Below are positions 50,786 to 56,255 of a stretch of 56,255 nt of DNA, in pieces. The notes under the pieces were generated by a model, which worked only from the letters and a program-made list of their open reading frames with translations, made no database searches and was not told the DNA's origin. This stretch comes from Candidatus Binatia bacterium. GTDB lineage: Bacteria > Methylomirabilota > Methylomirabilia > Rokubacteriales > CSP1-6. Positions within the stretch are counted from its first letter, which is position 1. The number at the start of each line of letters is the position of its first letter. The DNA lies in contig DATKEI010000094.1 of assembly GCA_035544455.1 (NCBI GenBank), positions 1 through 56,255 of the forward strand. The letters are read 5' to 3'. Both the position numbers and the translations under genes were made by a program.

Positions 50786-52035
50786 CGACAGCCGTGAAGC
50801 GGGTCGTGCTCGCGTACTCCGGGGGGCTCGATACGTCCGTGATCCTGCGCTGGCTCATCGAGACGTACCGCTGCGAGGTCGTGGCGTTCTGCGCCGACCT
50901 CGGACAGGGGGAGGAGATCATCCCCATCCGCGAGAAGGCCCTCAGGACGGGCGCGGTGCGCGTCCACGTGGTCGACCTCCGCGAGGAGTTCGTGCGCGAC
51001 TTCGTGTTTCCCATGCTCCGCGCCAATGCCGTGTACGAGGGTGCGTACCTCATGGGCACCTCCATCGCCCGTCCGCTGATCGCCAAGGCCCAGGTCGAGG
51101 TGGCGCGCACCGAGGGTGCCGACGCCGTGAGCCACGGGGCCACCGGCAAGGGGAACGACCAGGTGCGCTTCGAGCTGACCTACGCGTCCCTCGGGCCCGA
51201 TCTCACCGTGATCGCCCCGTGGCGGGAATGGGAGCTGGACTCGCGCAGCGCCCTGATGGAGTTCGCCCGCCGGCACGACATCCCCGTCCCCGTAACGGCG
51301 GACCGGCCATACTCGACGGACCGCAACCTCTTCCACATCTCGTACGAGGGCGGCATCCTCGAGGACCCGTGGGCGGAGCCGCCGCCGAAGATGTTCCTCT
51401 TCACCAACGCCCCCGAGTCGGCGCCGGACGTTCCCGTCGACGTCGAGATCGAGTACGAGGGCGGGGACCCCGTGGCGGTGGACGGTGCGCGCCTGGGCCC
51501 GGCCGCGCTGCTGGAACGGCTGAACCGGGTCGGGGGCGAGCACGGGGTCGGACGCGTGGACCTCGTCGAGAACCGCTTCGTCGGGATGAAGTCGCGGGGC
51601 GTGTACGAGACGCCGGGCGGAACCATTCTGCACATCGCCCACCGCGCCGTCGAGTCGCTGGCCCTCGACCGCGAGGTGCTGCATCTGCGCGACGCCCTCA
51701 TCCCCCGGTACGCCGAGATGATCTACTACGGGTTCTGGTTCTCGCCCGAGCGCGAGGCCCTGCAGCTCCTCGTCGACCGCGTGCAGCAGGATGTCACCGG
51801 CACGGTGCGGCTCCGCCTGTACAAGGGCAACGTCACGGTGGCGGGCCGGCGGTCGCCGCGCTCGCTCTACCGGCCGGACTTCGCCACCTTCGAGGCCGAC
51901 CGGGTCTACCGGCAGAAGGATGCCGAGGGGTTCATCAACTTGAACGCGCTGCGTCTGCGGATCCGCGCCCTTCGCGACCGGGGCCGCGAGGAGCCCGGTC
52001 GGGCGACGTCCATGCCCGGGATGCCGGGCGCCTAG
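50782..52035 (+). CDS. argG: argininosuccinate synthase
   Basis: GTGA overlap with argF. Contains [27 protein letters not shown] and [18 protein letters not shown]. Confidence 0.96.
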   Translation: MTTAVKRVVLAYSGGLDTSVILRWLIETYRCEVVAFCADLGQGEEIIPIREKALRTGAVRVHVVDLREEFVRDFVFPMLRANAVYEGAYLMGTSIARPLIAKAQVEVARTEGADAVSHGATGKGNDQVRFELTYASLGPDLTVIAPWREWELDSRSALMEFARRHDIPVPVTADRPYSTDRNLFHISYEGGILEDPWAEPPPKMFLFTNAPESAPDVPVDVEIEYEGGDPVAVDGARLGPAALLERLNRVGGEHGVGRVDLVENRFVGMKSRGVYETPGGTILHIAHRAVESLALDREVLHLRDALIPRYAEMIYYGFWFSPEREALQLLVDRVQQDVTGTVRLRLYKGNVTVAGRRSPRSLYRPDFATFEADRVYRQKDAEGFINLNALRLRIRALRDRGREEPGRATSMPGMPGA

Positions 52036-52053
52036 GGGTCCGGTCGCCGCCGC

Positions 52054-52833
52054 ATGCGCATTCACGTCGCCCTCGGCCCGGCCGAGTATGCCGGTGCACC
52101 CCTCGAGGACCGGGCGGTCCTCGTGGTGGACGTCATCCGGGCGAGCACGACGGTGGTGGCGGCGTGCGCGGCGGGGTGTCGCCGGATCCTGCCCGTCCGC
52201 GATCGGGAGACGGCGGTCGCCCGGAAGCGCGCGCTGGAGGGGGTCGACGCCCTGCTCGGGGGTGAGCGCAACGGGGAGACCATCGCCGGATTCGACCTCG
52301 GCAACTCGCCCCTCGAGTACACGGAGGAGCGGGTCTCCGGCCGGACGGTGGTGCTGACCACGAGCAACGGGACGGCGGCGATGCTCGAGGCGGGGCGGGC
52401 GGCGGTGGCGGCGGTCGCGGCCCTGACCAACGTCGAGGCGGCGGCGCGCTGGGCGGGCGACCGCGGGCTCGACCTGACCGTGCTGTGCGCCGGCGAGGCC
52501 GGGCAGGTGTCGCTGGAGGACGTGGTGTGTGCGGGCCTGATCGTGGACGTGCTGGCGGGCTCCGGGGTCGCCGTGGAGGCGACGGACGCCGCCACGACGG
52601 CGCGCCGTGCCGCCGGCTTCTATGCCGAGCGCCTGCCGCGCCTGGCCGAGGACTCGCGGTGGGCCCGGCGGCTCGTCGAGCGCGGGCGCGGGGCGGACGT
52701 GGCGGCGTGCCTGCGGCGCGCCGGCCTCGGGCACGTGCCCGAGATCCGCGCCGGAGCCATCGTCCTCGACGGCGACCCCGCCGAGGGGGCGCGGCGCCCC
52801 GGGCGGATCGGCGCCGCGGAGGCATCGGCGTGA
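52054..52833 (+). CDS. comB: 2-phosphosulfolactate phosphatase (ComB) family protein
   Basis: Contains VVDVIRASTTVVAA, GGERNGETIAGFDLGNSPLEY and LTTSNGTAA. The physiological substrate in bacteria is unclear. Confidence 0.75.
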   Translation: MRIHVALGPAEYAGAPLEDRAVLVVDVIRASTTVVAACAAGCRRILPVRDRETAVARKRALEGVDALLGGERNGETIAGFDLGNSPLEYTEERVSGRTVVLTTSNGTAAMLEAGRAAVAAVAALTNVEAAARWAGDRGLDLTVLCAGEAGQVSLEDVVCAGLIVDVLAGSGVAVEATDAATTARRAAGFYAERLPRLAEDSRWARRLVERGRGADVAACLRRAGLGHVPEIRAGAIVLDGDPAEGARRPGRIGAAEASA

Positions 52834-53405
52834 ACCTGCCCATCGCCCTCACCCTGGCCCGGATTGTCCTGGTGCCGCTGGTGATGGTTTTCCTCATCTC
52901 GTCCTCCCGCGTCAACGTCCTCATCGCGGCGGTCATCTTCGTGACGGCCTCGCTCACGGACTGGCTCGACGGCCGCCTGGCCCGCCGCCTGAACCAGGTC
53001 ACCCGGCTGGGGACACTGCTCGACCCGGTGGCCGACAAGCTGCTCGTGGCGGCGGCGCTGATCTCCCTGGTCCACGTCAACATGCTGCCGGCCTGGATGG
53101 CCGTTCTCGTCATCGGGCGCGAGCTGGCCGTGAGCGGCCTCCGCGCGGTGGCGCTGTCGATGGGGATAGTGGTACCGGCTTCCTCCCTCGGCAAGGCCAA
53201 GACGGTGTCACAGTACGCGGCCATCACGCTGCTCATCCTGGAGAAAGGCGTTCCCCCGGAGTACGCGCCCTTCCACCTCGTCTCGTGGATGGTCCTGTGG
53301 TTGGCGGTGGGGCTGACCGTGCTCTCCGGGGTCGACTACTTCTACGGCTTCTTCCTCAAGACCGATGTCCGCGCCCTGGTCAAGGAGAAGGAGCGCTGGC
53401 CGTGA
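52830..53405 (+). CDS. pgsA: CDP-diacylglycerol--glycerol-3-phosphate 3-phosphatidyltransferase
   Basis: GTGA overlap with comB. Contains NLPIALTLARIVLVP and the motif DWLDGRLARRLNQVTRLGTLLDPVADKL. Confidence 0.92.
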   Translation: MNLPIALTLARIVLVPLVMVFLISSSRVNVLIAAVIFVTASLTDWLDGRLARRLNQVTRLGTLLDPVADKLLVAAALISLVHVNMLPAWMAVLVIGRELAVSGLRAVALSMGIVVPASSLGKAKTVSQYAAITLLILEKGVPPEYAPFHLVSWMVLWLAVGLTVLSGVDYFYGFFLKTDVRALVKEKERWP

Positions 53406-53998
53406 CAGTGGCGGGCCTGCTCGCCGCGTACCTGATCGGCGCCATCCCCGTGGGCCTCGTCGTCGCGCGCCTGGCCGGGCGCGTCGACATCCGCCGGCGC
53501 GGCAGCGGCAACATCGGAGCCTCGAACGTCCTGCGCACGCTGGGCCCGGTGGCCGGCGCCGTCACGCTCGCCGGCGACGTGCTCAAGGGCTTCGCGGCCG
53601 TCCTCGTCGCGCGGGCCCTTGGGCCCGATCCCATCGCGTCGGCGGCGGGTGCGGTGCTCGCCGTGGTGGGCAACTGCTGGCCCGTGTACCTCCGCTTCCG
53701 TGGCGGCAAGGGCGTGGCGACGGGCCTCGGCGCATTCCTGGCCCTGATGCCCTGGGCGGTGCTGCCGGCGGCCGTCGTCTGGGTGATCGTGACGGCGAGC
53801 TGGCGCTACGTCTCCCTGGCGTCGGTCGCCGCCTGCATCGCGTTGCCCGTGGCCGGGGCGCTCGAGGGATACGCGGGGAGCGCGGTGGCGGCGGCCGCGG
53901 TCGTGGGCGCCATCATCCTGTGGCGCCATCGCGAGAACGTGCGCCGCTTGCGAGCGGGGACGGAGCGCCGCCTCGGAGACCGGGTGACCGCGACGTGA
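53402..53998 (+). CDS. plsY: glycerol-3-phosphate acyltransferase PlsY
   Basis: GTGA overlap with pgsA. Contains YLIGAIPVGLVVAR, GSGNIGASNVLR and FRGGKGVATGLG. Confidence 0.93.
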   Translation: MTVAGLLAAYLIGAIPVGLVVARLAGRVDIRRRGSGNIGASNVLRTLGPVAGAVTLAGDVLKGFAAVLVARALGPDPIASAAGAVLAVVGNCWPVYLRFRGGKGVATGLGAFLALMPWAVLPAAVVWVIVTASWRYVSLASVAACIALPVAGALEGYAGSAVAAAAVVGAIILWRHRENVRRLRAGTERRLGDRVTAT

Positions 53999-54004
53999 CG
54001 CGCA

Positions 54005-55042
54005 ATGGGTGAGGACAGGCCGGCCGCGCCCCTCGCGGTGGCCGTGGTCGGAGGGGGGAGCTGGGGTACGGCCCTCGCCGTGCACCGGGCGCGCCTGGGC
54101 GGAGACGTTCGGCTCTGGGTGCGCGACCCCGGGCGGGCCGCGGCGATCGCGCAGGCCGGGCGCAACGAGCGGTACCTGCCCGGCGTCGTGGTGGCGCCGC
54201 CCGTGCGCGTGACAGGGTCCGCGCGCCACGCTCTCGCCGGGGCGGGGATCGTCGTGGTGGCTGTGCCGTCCCACGGGGTCGGCGAGGTGATGGGCCGCCT
54301 TGCCCCCGAGGTGCCGGAGGGGGCCGTGGTCCTCTCCGCCACCAAGGGCCTGGATCCCGTGACCGGGCTCCGCGTCTCACAGCTGCTGGCCCGTATCCTG
54401 CCCGGGCGCCCCATCGCCGCGCTGTCCGGTCCGTCGTTCGCGCGAGAAGTCGCCGCTGGCTTGCCCGCCGCTCTCGTCGTCGCCTCCGAGGACGAGGAAG
54501 TGGCGCGGGGGATCCAGCGGTCCCTGGCGACCCGGGAGTTCCGCCTGTACACGAACCGCGATATCACCGGGGTCGAGCTGGCGGGCGCCCTCAAGAACGT
54601 CATGGCGATCGCCGCCGGCATCGGCGACAGCCTCGGCCTCGGCGACAATGCCCGCGCGGCGCTGGTGACCCGGGGCCTGGTGGAGATGACCCGCATCGGC
54701 GTGGCGGCCGGGGCCTCGGCCCGCACGTTCGCCGGGCTCGCCGGCGTCGGCGACCTCGTCCTGACCTGCACGGGTGTCCTGAGCCGGAACCGCGCTCTCG
54801 GCCTGGCGCTGGGGAGCGGCAAGAGCCTGGCCGAGGCCGAGGCCGCCAGCCCGATGGTGGCAGAGGGCGCGCGGACCGCCGTCCCCGCGCTTGCCCTGGC
54901 CCGACGGGCCGGAGTCTCCGCGCCGATCTGCGAGGCGGTGGCGGCGGTGCTGAGCGGGACGGTGGCGCCGGCCGAGGCGCTCGCGACGCTCCTCAGCCGC
55001 GAGCTTCGCCCGGAGGAGGAGGGTTCTCTTCAGCGTGCCTGA
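54005..55042 (+). CDS. gpsA: NAD(P)H-dependent glycerol-3-phosphate dehydrogenase
   Basis: Contains VAVVGGGSWGTALA, GPSFAREVA, GALKNVMAIAAGI and EGARTA. Confidence 0.94.
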   Translation: MGEDRPAAPLAVAVVGGGSWGTALAVHRARLGGDVRLWVRDPGRAAAIAQAGRNERYLPGVVVAPPVRVTGSARHALAGAGIVVVAVPSHGVGEVMGRLAPEVPEGAVVLSATKGLDPVTGLRVSQLLARILPGRPIAALSGPSFAREVAAGLPAALVVASEDEEVARGIQRSLATREFRLYTNRDITGVELAGALKNVMAIAAGIGDSLGLGDNARAALVTRGLVEMTRIGVAAGASARTFAGLAGVGDLVLTCTGVLSRNRALGLALGSGKSLAEAEAASPMVAEGARTAVPALALARRAGVSAPICEAVAAVLSGTVAPAEALATLLSRELRPEEEGSLQRA

Positions 55043-56066
55043 GCTGCGCAAGGACCCCGTGGTCGGGCGATGGGTGATCATCTCGACCGAGCGCGCCCGC
55101 CGTCCGTCGGACTTCGTGGCGCCCGCCCCGGAACGCGTGGGCACGGGCACGGCGTGCGTGTTCTGTCCGGGCCAGGAGGCGTTCACGCCGGATGAGATCG
55201 CCGTGGTCCGACCCGACGGGAGCAGCCCGAACAGCCCGGGCTGGACGCTGCGCGTGGTCCCGAACAAGTTCCCCGCGCTCCGGATCGAGGGCGAGCTCGA
55301 GCCCTCGGGCGAGGGGTTGTACGATCGCATGAGCGGCGTGGGCGCGCACGAGGTGATCATCGAGACCCCCCAGCACCAGGCGTCGCTGGCCACGCTACCC
55401 ACCGCTCACGTGGCCGGGATCCTCCGGGTCTACCGCGATCGCATGGTGGACCTCGGGAAGGACCCGCGGCTCGAGTACGTCATGGTGTTCAAGAATCACG
55501 GCGAGGCGGCGGGGGCCTCGCTCGAGCACCCGCACTCCCAGCTGATCGCCACCCCGATCGTGCCGATCATGGTCGAGGAGGAGCTGGTCGGGGGGCTCCA
55601 GCACTTCCGGATCAAGAAGCGCTGCATCTGGTGCGACATCCTGCGTCAGGAGCGAGCGGGGGGAGGCCGCCTGATCCTGGAGGACGCGGGCTTCGCGGTG
55701 CTGGCCCCGTTCGCTCCACGGTTTCCATTCGAGACGTGGATCTTGCCCGGGACTCACCGGTCGAGCTACGAGGAGACTGGCGCCGACGAGCTGGACGGCC
55801 TCGCCTATGTCCTCGGGGAGATCCTGGTCCGCATGAACAGGGTGCTCGGCAACCCCCCGTACAATCTGATGCTCCACAGCGCTCCCCTCCGGACCCAGGC
55901 CCTCGACCATTTCCACTGGCATCTGGAGATCATCCCCAAGCTGACCCGGGTCGCGGGCTTCGAGTGGGGCACCGGGTTCTTCATCAATCCGACTCCCCCG
56001 GAGGAAGCGGCGAAGTACCTGCGCGAGCAGCCGGGCCGGGATGGGGCGACGGAGCGCGTAAGTTGA
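55035..56066 (+). CDS. galT: galactose-1-phosphate uridylyltransferase-family (GalT/HIT-like) nucleotidyltransferase
   Basis: The GTG start overlaps the gpsA end by 8 nt. Contains ELRKDPVVGRWVIIS, the Zn site CVFCPG and the active-site motif HPHSQL. It could instead be an ADP-glucose phosphorylase-type member. Confidence 0.85.
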   Translation: MPELRKDPVVGRWVIISTERARRPSDFVAPAPERVGTGTACVFCPGQEAFTPDEIAVVRPDGSSPNSPGWTLRVVPNKFPALRIEGELEPSGEGLYDRMSGVGAHEVIIETPQHQASLATLPTAHVAGILRVYRDRMVDLGKDPRLEYVMVFKNHGEAAGASLEHPHSQLIATPIVPIMVEEELVGGLQHFRIKKRCIWCDILRQERAGGGRLILEDAGFAVLAPFAPRFPFETWILPGTHRSSYEETGADELDGLAYVLGEILVRMNRVLGNPPYNLMLHSAPLRTQALDHFHWHLEIIPKLTRVAGFEWGTGFFINPTPPEEAAKYLREQPGRDGATERVS

Positions 56067-56091
56067 CTCTCCGAAAGGCATTTGTTACACT
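56063..56091 (+). promoter_or_regulatory. sigma-70-like promoter TTGACT-N17-TACACT for tRNA-Gly
   Basis: TTGACT at 56063-56068 overlaps the galT stop codon. A 17-nt spacer is followed by TACACT at 56086-56091, about 30 nt upstream of the tRNA. Confidence 0.5.
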
Positions 56092-56120
56092 CCGCCCGTT
56101 CGTCGGGGAGGAGACTCGTC

Positions 56121-56195
56121 GCGGGAATAGCTCAGTGGTAGAGCACAACCTTGCCAAGGTTGGGGTCGCGGGTTCGAATCCCGTTTCCCGCTCCA
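56121..56195 (+). tRNA. tRNA-Gly (anticodon GCC), CCA encoded
   Basis: Cloverleaf folded by hand: acceptor GCGGGAA/TTCCCGC, D arm GCTC-AGTGGTA-GAGC, anticodon arm CAACC-TTGCCAA-GGTTG, T arm GCGGG-TTCGAAT-CCCGT, discriminator T, then CCA. Confidence 0.95.
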
Positions 56196-56211
56196 TTGCG
56201 ATAACGTGTCG

Positions 56212-56236
56212 GGGGCTCGGGTGGCCGGGCCCCTTT
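56212..56236 (+). terminator. hairpin plus short T-run after tRNA-Gly
   Basis: GGGGCTCGG (56212-56220), loop GTGG, CCGGGCCCC (56225-56233) with one mismatch, followed by TTT. Confidence 0.4.
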
Positions 56237-56255
56237 GAATTGTCAAGGCGGCGTA

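Noticed and set aside
52054-52833. The ComB-family gene as evidence for coenzyme M biosynthesis or methanogen-like metabolism.
   Set aside because: No comA, comC, comDE or mcr genes are nearby. ComB-family phosphatases are widespread in bacteria with unknown roles. I retain it only as a family-level call.
56121-56255. tRNA-Gly at the window edge as a possible genomic-island integration site.
   Set aside because: Only 60 nt follow the tRNA. They contain a terminator-like hairpin and no partial tRNA 3' repeat or integrase. This cannot be assessed from the window.

Overview
Very GC-rich bacterial chromosomal segment (roughly 70% G+C by eye, not computed), dominated by housekeeping and central-metabolism genes. 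I call about 55 protein genes, all but one on the + strand. They are tightly packed, with many 1-8 nt start/stop overlaps. One tRNA-Gly(GCC) sits at the 3' end.

Gene order:
- HAD-hydrolase fragment, then a small orphan gene on the - strand.
- MocR-type regulator, Cys/Met PLP enzyme, GNAT, pdxS, pdxT.
- Three-subunit 2-oxoacid:ferredoxin oxidoreductase (gamma-delta fusion, alpha, beta), a 478-nt non-coding gap, then a FadR-type GntR regulator.
- ppdK, dapA-family gene, ilvB, ilvN, ilvC, psd, pssA, leuA, leuB, asd, truA, fdhD.
- hemX-like, hemA, hemC, hemD, hemB; then a Cys-less Rrf2 regulator, cysteine synthase, CysO-like sulfur carrier and JAMM peptidase; then hemL.
- Alternative-complex-III-like cluster actBCDEF with no actA, then moeA.
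- dprA, topA, xerC, hslV, hslU.
- argB, argD, argF, argG.
- comB-family gene, pgsA, plsY, gpsA, galT-like gene, tRNA-Gly.

I recognised no CRISPR array, transposase, prophage, toxin-antitoxin pair or defence system. The very long minus-strand ORFs in the track look like GC-driven shadow ORFs.

Observations most worth follow-up:
1. The oxidoreductase alpha subunit reads YPIRP instead of YPITP, the gamma domain has a degenerate glycine loop, and gamma and delta are fused. This resembles oxalate oxidoreductase. A near-perfect FadR-type palindrome sits in its promoter.
2. A CysO-like sulfur carrier has 20 extra residues after its Gly-Gly, is translationally coupled to a JAMM peptidase, and is embedded with a CymR-like regulator inside a heme operon.
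3. The ACIII-like cluster lacks the pentaheme ActA, yet its ActB keeps a CX2CX3CX27C motif. moeA lies next to it and an orphan fdhD lies nearby.
4. Several small DNA elements: a 15-bp perfect inverted repeat, a 29-bp tandem repeat, AATTGG/TGGT direct repeats upstream of the MocR gene, and a TerC-family gene remnant.

All functional calls rest on motif recognition by eye in the supplied translations. No database search was run.
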